Both the position numbers and the translations under genes were made by a program. The notes beneath the pieces are model-generated. The model ran no database searches, was not told the origin of the DNA, and saw only the letters and a list, made by a program, of their open reading frames with translations. A stretch of 64,000 bases of DNA from Chloroflexota bacterium (GTDB lineage: Bacteria; Chloroflexota; Chloroflexia; DAOUBH01): NCBI GenBank assembly GCA_034432775.1, contig DAOUBH010000019.1:9719-73718 (forward strand). The letters run 5' to 3'. Shown here piece after piece: positions 26,998 through 35,843 of the stretch (its first letter is position 1; each line of letters opens with the position of its first letter).

Positions 26998-29820
26998 CTA
27001 CCCAGCCACCTTGCCCAACATGGCAGCCTTAACCTTCTGAGGTTTAGCCGGGATTGCCGTCAGCCTCACACCGATGGCATCATAGATCGCGTTGCAGATC
27101 GCTGCGGCCATGGGTATAAGACCCGCCTCCGATACACCTTTTGCGCCGAAGGGACCAAGGGGATCCTCGTCTTCGATGAGGATCACCCGAAAATCCGGGC
27201 ACTGCTCGATGGTAGGCACCCGCACCTTACCAAAGGTATCGGTCAATACGTAACCACCCTCGACTTTAAACTCCTCTGTCAGGGCGTAACCCATTCCCTG
27301 GAGGGCTGCCCCGATGATCTGACCCTCTACCCCTCTCGGGTTAATCGCCTTTCCTACGTCGTGGACCGATATCACCTTTACCACACGAACCTTGCCAGTG
27401 GCCTCGTCCACTTCAACAATAGCCACTTGAGTGGCGTACGTATAGTTGAAGTGGTAGAAGGAATGTGCCGGGTCGGCATTGGGTATTCCCTTGTCGGCCA
27501 AAGCGGGATCCGGCAAGTGATCCGTCTTCGGCGCTATAAAGACGTACTGCGACTTAAGTTCCTTCCCCTCGGTGACCGTCAATTTGGCCAGCATGTCCAG
27601 GCTCAACAGCCTGTCGCCCTGTCTGGTACGGAACTCACCGTCGGTGTAGACTATATGCTCGTAGGGTATGCCCATTCGTTCGGCCACTTCGATCTTGGCC
27701 TGCCGCTCGATGTCGTCAAGGCAACCCAGAACTGCCTTACCGACGAGCATGGTCATTCTCGAGGCGCAAGTCGACCCAGCGCTGGGAGTATTGCAAGTAT
27801 CCGGCGGCATTACTGCTACGCGATCCAAGGGCACCCCGAACCGCTGACTGGCCATTATGGCCAAGACCGTCTCATGTCCCTGCCCGATCTCGGCGCCTCC
27901 CGTCCGGATCAACAAGCGTCCGTCCTCGGTCATCTCCACGGCAGCGCCCACGGCTTCAGGCACCGCAACTCCCATGCCAGAGTTCTTGAAGCAGGAGGCC
28001 ACTCCTACGCCATACCGTCGGCCAGGCGCTGGAGAGGGCAGCTTTCTGAGTTCTTCTTCTAGGGCTTCTTTCGCAGCCCTGAGGGTTTCGGTCAGCCTTA
28101 CAACTCCAGCTGTACCAACGAGAGGCTGACCCACGGCCGTGACATCCCCAGGCCTCAGAGCATTGAGCTCCCTCACAGTGAAGGGATCCATCCCAAGCAC
28201 TCTGGCCAAAGCGTCCATCTGCTGCTCTACGGCAAAGTGAGCCTGGGGAACGCCGAAGCCCCGAAAGGCGCCTGCCACAGGGTTGTTAGTATAGACGCCT
28301 ATGGCCTCGACCCTAAAGTTGGGCACCCTGTAGGGCCCCCCTCCGAAGATGGTCACCGCTTCGACCACTGCCGATCCCGTGGAAGCGTAGGCCCCCGAGT
28401 CTAGCAGCACCTTAACCTCCATGGCCACGAGAGTCCCATCTCGCTTGGCTCCCAACCTATGATAGATGCGGGTGGGATGCCGCTTTGGATGGTTCTTCAG
28501 CGATTCGTACCGGGAAAACACTAACTTGCAGGGCCGGCCGGTCTTCAGCACACCCAGGGCAAGCATGTTCTGGACAGATATGTCGCACTTGCTGCCGAAG
28601 GATCCCCCTGTAGGCATGTGCACGATCCTGACCTTCTCCACAGGGAGACCTAGTACCTGGGCAACCTGCCTGGCCTCTTCATGGGGATTCTGATCCCCTA
28701 CGTAAATGGTAACGCCTCCGTCTTCGTTGGGCTCGGCCACCCCGGACTCTACTTCGAGGTAAGCGTGTTCCTGCCAAGGGGTGGAATAAAAGCCTTCTAC
28801 GATCACGTCACAATCAGCCCAGGCAGCGTCCGGGTCGCCTTTGAGCACATGACTTCTGAAGAGGATGTTGGTTCCCTGTGGTCCAACAATTGGCGCGTCG
28901 GCCTCCAATGCTCTCTCGGGGGTATCCACCACTTCGAGGGGCCGATAGGTCACCTTAATGCGCTTGACCGCCTCTTCGGCTATCTCGGGTGTCTCGGCAT
29001 ACACTACGGCCACCGGGTCTCCTACATACCTGACCTTGTCGTCGCATAGGGCCGGTTGGTCGTCCACAATCTGGCCATAGCGGTTCTTTCCGGGCACATC
29101 CTTATATGTCAGGACCGCAGCTACCCCAGGCGTGGCTTCGGCCTCGCTCGTGTCGACGTCGAGGATCTCTGCGTGGGGATACTCGGCCCACAGGACTTTG
29201 CCATGAAGGACTCCAGCAGGATAAAGGTCAGCAGAGAACTGCAACCTCCCGGTGACGGTTTCTAAAACCCTCAGCCTGCGGGGGCTGTGTGCAAGTACCG
29301 GATCTTCGATGGGAGGAGGGACTTCGCCCCGGATCCTGGCAGCAGCTATCTGGGTTGCCCTCTGAACCGCAGCGATGATCCTAGGATATTCTCCACACCT
29401 ACAAATGTTGCCTTTGAGCGCCCTTTTTATATCCTGCGGAGTGGGCGATGGGTTCTTTCCCAGGAGGGCAGCCGCAGAAATTATCAGACCAGGCGTACAG
29501 AAGCCGCATTGGAGGGCACCATGCTCTACAAAGGCTTCCTGCACAGGGTGCAACATTCCACCCTCGGCAAGGCCCTCGATGGTAACAACCTCTTTACCTT
29601 GTAGCCTCCCCAGTTTCAGCAGACAGGCCTTTTCCGCTTCTCCATTGACCAGCACCATACAGGTCCCGCAACTTCCTTCCGAACATCCATCCTTAGTTCC
29701 CGTAAGGTGCAGGTGATCCCTCAGGTACGACAACAGGGTCATTTGGGCTGGACCTTCGACCGTGACCTCACGGCCATTGATCGTAAAGGTGACCTGGGTT
29801 GTCTCTGACACCCGCTGCAT
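26998..29820 (-). CDS. Xanthine dehydrogenase/aldehyde oxidoreductase family Mo-hydroxylase, 2x[2Fe-2S] domain fused to the Mo-binding subunit
   Basis: GCSEGSCGTC, QCGFCTPG, CRCG, GGSFGSK, AFRGFG, GAEIGQG, ASR, GAKGVSEAG; start at MQRVSE after a GGAGAGGTGA SD. Confidence 0.9.
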   Translation of the reverse strand: MQRVSETTQVTFTINGREVTVEGPAQMTLLSYLRDHLHLTGTKDGCSEGSCGTCMVLVNGEAEKACLLKLGRLQGKEVVTIEGLAEGGMLHPVQEAFVEHGALQCGFCTPGLIISAAALLGKNPSPTPQDIKRALKGNICRCGEYPRIIAAVQRATQIAAARIRGEVPPPIEDPVLAHSPRRLRVLETVTGRLQFSADLYPAGVLHGKVLWAEYPHAEILDVDTSEAEATPGVAAVLTYKDVPGKNRYGQIVDDQPALCDDKVRYVGDPVAVVYAETPEIAEEAVKRIKVTYRPLEVVDTPERALEADAPIVGPQGTNILFRSHVLKGDPDAAWADCDVIVEGFYSTPWQEHAYLEVESGVAEPNEDGGVTIYVGDQNPHEEARQVAQVLGLPVEKVRIVHMPTGGSFGSKCDISVQNMLALGVLKTGRPCKLVFSRYESLKNHPKRHPTRIYHRLGAKRDGTLVAMEVKVLLDSGAYASTGSAVVEAVTIFGGGPYRVPNFRVEAIGVYTNNPVAGAFRGFGVPQAHFAVEQQMDALARVLGMDPFTVRELNALRPGDVTAVGQPLVGTAGVVRLTETLRAAKEALEEELRKLPSPAPGRRYGVGVASCFKNSGMGVAVPEAVGAAVEMTEDGRLLIRTGGAEIGQGHETVLAIMASQRFGVPLDRVAVMPPDTCNTPSAGSTCASRMTMLVGKAVLGCLDDIERQAKIEVAERMGIPYEHIVYTDGEFRTRQGDRLLSLDMLAKLTVTEGKELKSQYVFIAPKTDHLPDPALADKGIPNADPAHSFYHFNYTYATQVAIVEVDEATGKVRVVKVISVHDVGKAINPRGVEGQIIGAALQGMGYALTEEFKVEGGYVLTDTFGKVRVPTIEQCPDFRVILIEDEDPLGPFGAKGVSEAGLIPMAAAICNAIYDAIGVRLTAIPAKPQKVKAAMLGKVAG

Positions 29821-29860
29821 CGGGAAAATCACCTCTCCTTGCATTGACGATAAGAACTCA

Positions 29861-30682
29861 TTACTGGTGCTCCCACTGTTCCCCCAAAGCCCTGACAATG
29901 TCACCCCGGGTCACAATGCCCACCAGTTTGCCTTCGTGGACCACTGGGAGGCGACGAATGCGGTTAGCCACCATGAGCCTCCCGGCTTCCACAGCTGGTA
30001 CCTCGGGCGACGTAGTGATGACGTGGGTAGTCATAATGTGTCCCACCGTGTCCCTATCTTCGTCGGCGTGAGTCAAGACGTCATGCTCCGTAGCAATACC
30101 GAGAATTTTCCCGCTCTCGTCCACAACAGGGACACCGCTGATACCATACTTGTTGAGGAGCACAGCCAACTGTCCCACACTGCAGTCGGGTCCTACCGTG
30201 ATGACTGGGCTGTTCATTATGTCCGCAACCTTTATCTGGAGAATGCTGAGCTCAGTTCTGACTTGAGGATAGGCCTTGGTGATAACCTGATCCCCCCACT
30301 TCATAGGGGCTTCGGCTTCTTGCGGGCGCCCGACAGCCAGATCGTCCTTGATCTCATCGACCGTTACCTCCACAACAGCGGCAGGGAAGGGCGAACTCTC
30401 CATCTCTTCCTTGACAATACGCGCCCTGCCCCGTATGCTGATGGCCATACCCCTGCCCATGGCTACAAGCCTGACCTTGCCCGACCGACGAATGTTCCGC
30501 AGACTGGCTATATCGCGATGGATGGCCATAGACAGCGTTCGCCTATCCTTCACTTTGATCCACGACATGGGAGCAGTATGGGGCCAACCATCCTCATCCA
30601 CGGTAGCCAAAATGAGCGTTGGAACATGCTCCAGGTTCTGCATGATCTTGTCTGTCAGCTCTCCACCTATCACCTTCCCCAT
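29861..30682 (-). CDS. Pyridoxamine-5'-phosphate-oxidase-like FMN-binding split barrel fused to a CBS pair
   Basis: N-terminus LILATVDEDGWPHTAPMSW...SLRNIRRSGKV; C-terminus VADIMNSPVITV...ISGVPVVD...IRRLPVV...LVGIVTRGD. Confidence 0.75.
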   Translation of the reverse strand: MGKVIGGELTDKIMQNLEHVPTLILATVDEDGWPHTAPMSWIKVKDRRTLSMAIHRDIASLRNIRRSGKVRLVAMGRGMAISIRGRARIVKEEMESSPFPAAVVEVTVDEIKDDLAVGRPQEAEAPMKWGDQVITKAYPQVRTELSILQIKVADIMNSPVITVGPDCSVGQLAVLLNKYGISGVPVVDESGKILGIATEHDVLTHADEDRDTVGHIMTTHVITTSPEVPAVEAGRLMVANRIRRLPVVHEGKLVGIVTRGDIVRALGEQWEHQ

Positions 30683-30852
30683 TTCCCAGCCCTCCCCTTT
30701 GGTTCCCATAGTAACATCGCGGTGCCACGATGTCAATGCCTTGTTTAATTTAGTTCACTGTCATTGAAAACAGCCTACAGCCACTCGAGGGTTACAGCCA
30801 TAGGCCCCCGAAAGCTGTGCTACAATTGGTCAGCACCCGCTGAGGTCAGCCT

Positions 30853-32214
30853 GTGCATTATCCGTGGTGGTATGTACCCTTCCTTACCTCCCCCATGATG
30901 ATAGCGGTCGTGGCCGTCCTCCATGTCTTTGTCTCCTTTTACGCAGTCGGTGGCGGCCTATTCCTGGCCAATGAGACGCGATATGCTTATCGTACCAACA
31001 ATTCAGCTTACCTCAATTATCTGCATCAGCATGCCCGTTTCTTCATATTGGTGACGGTGGTCTATGGAGCCATAACTGGGGTAGGGATCTGGTGGACTAT
31101 AGGCCTAGCTTCGCCCCTTGCTACAGAAGTCCTCATCCACACCTTTGTCTTCGCCTGGGCCATCGAGTACGTCTTCTTCCTCATGGAGCTTGTATCGGCC
31201 TTCATCTTTTACTACCAATGGGGGAAGGTCTCCCCTTCGTTCCATACCGCCGTGGGCTGGATATACGCCTTTTCTGCATGGATGAGTCTGGTTGTCATCA
31301 CGGGCATCACTGCCTTTATGCTGAATCCTGGGCAGTGGACTGAGGCCCACGATTTCTGGAGTGGCTTTTTTAACCCTCAGTTTCTGCCCCAGACCCTGGC
31401 CAGAACGGGTGGCTCCTTCGTACTGGCAGCCCTCTACGTCTATCTCCATGCTTCCTTCACGGTAAAGGAGAGTACCTTACGCGACCTTATCGAAAGCCGT
31501 TCTGCCAGGCCGGCACTTGTGGGAGCCACCCTAATCGTGGCTGGCGGTATAGGCTGGTTGGCTTTCCTGCCGCCGTCGGCTCAGGTGGCCCTAGCGGCGG
31601 CTAGTACCCTCAATATACTTACTGTGCTGCTCTTCGCCGTCACGGCGGGCATCTTCGTTCTGCTGTATGTAGGACCCTATCGCAATCCGGGCTGGCTCAG
31701 CCCAGGTTTCGCCCTAGTGTTGTTCGTCATGGGTCTCGGAGCCGTCGCAACAGGGGAGTTTATCCGCGAAGCTGTAAGGAAGCCGTACGTGATTTACAAT
31801 GTCGTTCTCGGCAACCAAGTCACGACAGATGAGGTCCATAGCTTCCGCGAGCGAGGCTATCTTGAAAGCGGGGTCTGGACCCGTGCCTACTTGACTACCT
31901 ACTATCCTCAGATATACACCGATGGTCGCATTGATCGCGAAAAGCTTTTGCGTTTACCGGAGGCTGACCAGATAAAGCTGGGGGAGGTAATCTTCCAGTA
32001 CCACTGCAATGACTGCCACTCGGCTCAGGGCGGCTACTCGGCCGTGGACCAGCTTATAGTGGGCTGGACCCCACAAATGGTTGACCTCATGGTCCTGAAC
32101 CTAGAAAAGGGCCGATTCTTCATGCCTCCCTGGTCCGGCAACGAAGCAGAAGCAGAACTCCTCACGAAGTACCTGCTAAGTATAGCACCACCCCGGCCAC
32201 CCGGTATGCGGTAG
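30853..32214 (+). CDS. Cytochrome bd oxidase subunit I-like membrane protein fused to a C-terminal c-type cytochrome
   Basis: AVLHVFV (His19-like), GAITGVGIW, FAWAIEY, EFIREAVRKPYVI, and one CxxCH (CNDCH). Confidence 0.8.
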   Translation: MHYPWWYVPFLTSPMMIAVVAVLHVFVSFYAVGGGLFLANETRYAYRTNNSAYLNYLHQHARFFILVTVVYGAITGVGIWWTIGLASPLATEVLIHTFVFAWAIEYVFFLMELVSAFIFYYQWGKVSPSFHTAVGWIYAFSAWMSLVVITGITAFMLNPGQWTEAHDFWSGFFNPQFLPQTLARTGGSFVLAALYVYLHASFTVKESTLRDLIESRSARPALVGATLIVAGGIGWLAFLPPSAQVALAAASTLNILTVLLFAVTAGIFVLLYVGPYRNPGWLSPGFALVLFVMGLGAVATGEFIREAVRKPYVIYNVVLGNQVTTDEVHSFRERGYLESGVWTRAYLTTYYPQIYTDGRIDREKLLRLPEADQIKLGEVIFQYHCNDCHSAQGGYSAVDQLIVGWTPQMVDLMVLNLEKGRFFMPPWSGNEAEAELLTKYLLSIAPPRPPGMR

Positions 32215-32233
32215 CACTTGCGAGGGACTTCTT

Positions 32234-33358
32234 ATGGAACCGTCACAGCTTGTAGCACCACAAAGTCCTCTTGGACTTCCTGCACCATATTGGATGATAG
32301 TGTCCCTCAAGGTCGCGGGTTTCACTTTGCACGCCATTCCGATGAACCTCTGGTATGCTGGCATCCTTGTTGCCATGCTCCTTAGGTTGACCAGTCATCC
32401 GCCCGCCTGCCAATGGTCTGCCAGGTTCATGCGCCAAATGCCCATAATCGTGGCCTTGGGCGTGAACTTTGGCATCGTTCCCCTCCTCTTCTTGCAGGTG
32501 GCCTATTATCGGGTCTTCTACCCAGCCACGGTGCTCACCGCCTGGCCCTGGCTTACCATCATAGCCCTGCTGTTGGTAGCCTACCATGGCATTTACATCT
32601 ATATTGGGGGGCTAAGCGATACGGGACATGTCGGCAGGCTACGGCGAGCCGTCGGTTGGGCATCGGCCGTAGCCTTCATAGCCATCGGCTTCCTCTTTGC
32701 CAACGGGCTTTCCCTGATGACCAACCTCCAAGCCTGGGAAAAACTGTGGGCCTCTAGCCAGGTAGCTGGGGCAGCTTTGGGCACTTCGTTCAATGTAGGG
32801 GACCCAACCTTGTTCCCGAGATGGCTCATGATGTTCGGTCTAGCCCTGACAACTACGGCGGCTTACGCAAGGGTAGACGCCGGACTCTTAGCTGCGTCGG
32901 AAGGCGAGGCGTACCAAAGATGGGTTTCCCGGTTCTCAATAGCGTTGTACTCCTTGGGCTCTTTCTGGTTCGCACTCATGGGCTCCTGGTACGCCTTCGG
33001 TACCTGGCAGCCCAAAGTTCAGGAAACCATGTTCCGACCGCCGACTGCCTTCCTCACCGGAGCCACGGCTCTCAGCCCAGGCCTTGTGTGGCTTCTACTG
33101 GTAAGGAGCTCGCGAGTGTCCTCAAAAAAGCTGATCTGGGCAATCGCCATCTCCCAGCTGGGCGTCCTAGCACTGAATGCCACCAGCAGGCAGCTCGTGC
33201 AAAATCTCGAACTTGCACCCTACGTGGCCATCGGGGCAGAGCCAGTGAATCTCCAACTGGTACCTCTGGTGCTTTTCCTTGTGCTCCTTGCAGCGGGTCT
33301 GGGCACCATCCTATGGATGTTAAGCAACCTGGCTCGGGCTTCCCAGGGCCAGCAGTAA
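32234..33358 (+). CDS. Polytopic membrane protein, probable partner subunit of the bd-like oxidase
   Basis: Multiple hydrophobic helices; FTLHAIPMN, NFGIVPLLFLQV (CydA-like paralogous segment); 19 nt downstream of the preceding gene. Confidence 0.7.
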   Translation: MEPSQLVAPQSPLGLPAPYWMIVSLKVAGFTLHAIPMNLWYAGILVAMLLRLTSHPPACQWSARFMRQMPIIVALGVNFGIVPLLFLQVAYYRVFYPATVLTAWPWLTIIALLLVAYHGIYIYIGGLSDTGHVGRLRRAVGWASAVAFIAIGFLFANGLSLMTNLQAWEKLWASSQVAGAALGTSFNVGDPTLFPRWLMMFGLALTTTAAYARVDAGLLAASEGEAYQRWVSRFSIALYSLGSFWFALMGSWYAFGTWQPKVQETMFRPPTAFLTGATALSPGLVWLLLVRSSRVSSKKLIWAIAISQLGVLALNATSRQLVQNLELAPYVAIGAEPVNLQLVPLVLFLVLLAAGLGTILWMLSNLARASQGQQ

Positions 33359-33365
33359 GCTATGG

Positions 33366-34010
33366 CTACAGAGGACGTGCACCATATTTGAGGGATCTAA
33401 GGAACTCTACCTCCTCAGGTGGAAGTACCTTAGGCATGCCCAACGTCCGGGCTATGTAGTACACCTGACATGCCTCTTCGGCCAGGACAGATACCCCGTA
33501 GGCCTTTTCGACCTCCTCACCCACAGCGACTAATCCGTGGTTTTGAAGCAACACAGCTCGCCTGCCGTCGAGAGCGGAAGCCACGGCCTCGCCCAAGTCC
33601 TGAGTGCCCGTCCGTCGGTAGGGTGCAACCCTGATAGAGCCTCCCACAGATATTACGGTTTCCGCTAAAATCGGCGGAACCTCGTCCACCACCGTGGACA
33701 AAGCAGCAGCATAGACGGAGTGGGTGTGCACCACAGCGCCTATCCCCTCCGAGATAGCTCGGTACAACGATAGGTGCATGGGCAACTCTGTGGACGGATG
33801 CCAGAGTCCTTCCAGCACTTTCCCATCCATATCGACGATAACAATGTCCTCTGGCGCCATAGTCTCATAGGGAACCGCACTGGGCGTGACAGCTATACAC
33901 CTGGTCTCCCTATCGATGGCGCTTACATTTCCAGCTGAAAGCTTTACCATCCCATCAGCTGCCATGCGTCTGGCCACATTGCAAACCCTTTCCCTAAGCT
34001 CTTCTAGCAT
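33366..34010 (-). CDS. Class II aldolase/adducin family protein
   Basis: SAGNVS, PSTELPMH, VHTHS, LQNHG; start trimmed to MLEELRE. Confidence 0.9.
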   Translation of the reverse strand: MLEELRERVCNVARRMAADGMVKLSAGNVSAIDRETRCIAVTPSAVPYETMAPEDIVIVDMDGKVLEGLWHPSTELPMHLSLYRAISEGIGAVVHTHSVYAAALSTVVDEVPPILAETVISVGGSIRVAPYRRTGTQDLGEAVASALDGRRAVLLQNHGLVAVGEEVEKAYGVSVLAEEACQVYYIARTLGMPKVLPPEEVEFLRSLKYGARPL

Positions 34011-34041
34011 CCTACACCTCGCTAGCCATAAGACCAGTGTC

Positions 34042-34755
34042 TCAACAGTGCTGGCCACTGGCCAGTTGCCAGAAACTCAAGGCATCGTCGTACATGGAGA
34101 TATTATTGAAGAAAACGTAACACCGACTGTGTGCGCGGCACAATTCCAGCAGTTCCCTTAAATCATCACCGGTATGTCGATACCGATAGCCTTCCCGTCC
34201 TTGGAGCCGAAAGTAAGCGGTGCCTGTGGCACAAGCCGACTTGAAGGGATCCACAGCATGGATTAATTCAAGTTCCGCACAAAGCGAGGCCATCAGGTCC
34301 CAGGGCCACTCGCCTCTTGGCTCCCAGGCAAAACGCAGCGTCCCTCTTTCGATGCTGGAGAAGAACCGCCTCAGGTTGGCTACGTTAGTTGCCGATGGTA
34401 CAAATTTAGCGGGGCACTGAAAAAGAACGACTTCCGCCCCCAAAGCCAGGGCAGCCTCACGGGTAACTTCCCATGCATCCAGGACCACCTTGTTCCAACG
34501 GAAGGATCCCGCCTCCTCGAGGCCTTCCACCCTCCGACGAAGTCTCCTGTAGGTAGGAGAGCCCGCTTCGTGGGTGATTATTTGCCATGCCTTCAGGGTA
34601 AATCGGAATTTCGGCGGAGCTTCCCTCCTCCAGCGTACGAGCGTGGCCAGAGGCGGCGGATCGTAAAAGGTCTGTTGCACCTCTACAGTAGGTAGATCAG
34701 TATAGTAACGCCCTCGAGCCACAGGGAATCCGCAGCAACCGACCAGAATATTCAA
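34042..34755 (-). CDS. DUF72 domain protein
   Basis: VGCCGF, VEVQQTFY, FTLKAWQ, LFQCP, AWEPRG, YFRLQG, YVFFNN. Confidence 0.88.
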   Translation of the reverse strand: MNILVGCCGFPVARGRYYTDLPTVEVQQTFYDPPPLATLVRWRREAPPKFRFTLKAWQIITHEAGSPTYRRLRRRVEGLEEAGSFRWNKVVLDAWEVTREAALALGAEVVLFQCPAKFVPSATNVANLRRFFSSIERGTLRFAWEPRGEWPWDLMASLCAELELIHAVDPFKSACATGTAYFRLQGREGYRYRHTGDDLRELLELCRAHSRCYVFFNNISMYDDALSFWQLASGQHC

Positions 34756-34779
34756 CTTCCCGCCGACCTGCTCTCAGGC

Positions 34780-35256
34780 CTAGAGATGAACTGCGAAATC
34801 CTTCACTGTGGGGCGCACCAGTCTTTCGTAGTCGGCATACGACATCTTAACGGTTACGGTGTGCGATCCAGCCAAAAAGGCTATCCAGGGATCAGCCCGG
34901 AGGCTAACATCGACGTAGACCGGGACCCTGTATAGGTTTCCAAAAGGCGGCATGGCCCCCACCTCACAGTCAGGGAAGACGGAGCTGAACTCTTGCTCCT
35001 TGGCGAGCCGTACCGCGCTGATCCCCAGTTCAGCCCTCAGTCTGTCCAGGTCAACCCTATGGCTTGCGGGCAGGACCAACATAACTAGCTGATCGCCAGC
35101 GAAGGCCATGACGACCTTGGCATGAAACCTTCCCTTAATGTGCTCGATAGCAGCCAACTCCTGTGCACTGTACGCTGGTGGATGCGTTATTGTCTCGAAC
35201 TCGACCCCCTCAGATTTCAAATAATCTCGCAATTTGTCCAGACAGGCCTGGGCCAT
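34780..35256 (-). CDS. YbaK/ProX-like aminoacyl-tRNA deacylase domain protein
   Basis: AKVVM, LPASHRVDL, FPDCEVGAMPPFG, AGSH; start MAQAC after GGAGGTGG. Confidence 0.85.
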   Translation of the reverse strand: MAQACLDKLRDYLKSEGVEFETITHPPAYSAQELAAIEHIKGRFHAKVVMAFAGDQLVMLVLPASHRVDLDRLRAELGISAVRLAKEQEFSSVFPDCEVGAMPPFGNLYRVPVYVDVSLRADPWIAFLAGSHTVTVKMSYADYERLVRPTVKDFAVHL

Positions 35257-35279
35257 GCTCCACCTCCGCCTCAGCAACA

Positions 35280-35711
35280 CTACAGTTCCTCGGGTTCCTC
35301 CCCCATGACGAAGCGCTTATAGGCCTTATAAATGCAGTAATCCTGCACCACTTCCATGCCGTGTGCTCGGGCAGCCGCCGCCGCCTCCTCGTTGGCGATT
35401 CCTTCCTGCATCCAGATGACCTTTACATCTCTGCGCTCTATGGCCTGCCTCACGATTTCCGGCACATCGTGAGACGGTCTGAAGATATCGACTATTTCCA
35501 CCGGCTCGGCCACATCCCTCAGGGTCGGGTACGACTTTCGGCCCAGGATCTCATCGGCCGTAGGGTTGACAGGTATGACATGGTATCCCTTGCTCATCAG
35601 GAACTTCGGCACCTTTCTGGCCGGTTTATTTGGGTCCTTAGACATGCCAACAACTGCCACCCTTTTGTATGTCTGGAGGATATGTCTTATGCGGTCGCTA
35701 TCTATTTCCAT
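35280..35711 (-). CDS. CoA-binding protein (YccU-like)
   Basis: VAVVGMS, PVNP, IVDIFRP, IWMQEG, VVQDYC. Confidence 0.9.
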   Translation of the reverse strand: MEIDSDRIRHILQTYKRVAVVGMSKDPNKPARKVPKFLMSKGYHVIPVNPTADEILGRKSYPTLRDVAEPVEIVDIFRPSHDVPEIVRQAIERRDVKVIWMQEGIANEEAAAAARAHGMEVVQDYCIYKAYKRFVMGEEPEEL

Positions 35712-35760
35712 GCCCTGATCCTCTGTTCCAGATGGTATCGTAGACTCTACCTTTCAGGTA

Positions 35761-35811
35761 CAGTTTACACCGTGGTTGAAGTTACCTTCACTGTTTCATT
35801 GGTGTAAACTG
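35761..35811. repeat. Nested inverted repeat in the divergent promoter region upstream of pyk
   Basis: Perfect 11-bp arms CAGTTTACACC (35761-35771) and GGTGTAAACTG (35801-35811) enclosing TGAAG-ttac-CTTCA. Confidence 0.65.
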
Positions 35812-35843
35812 AAATCCGCCATCCTCAACCAGGGAGTGACCCC

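Noticed and set aside
30737-30760. Possible Rex/FNR box upstream of the bd-like oxidase (TTGTTTAATTTAGTTCACT)
   Set aside because: Spacing and half-sites deviate from both consensus motifs; too weak to call.
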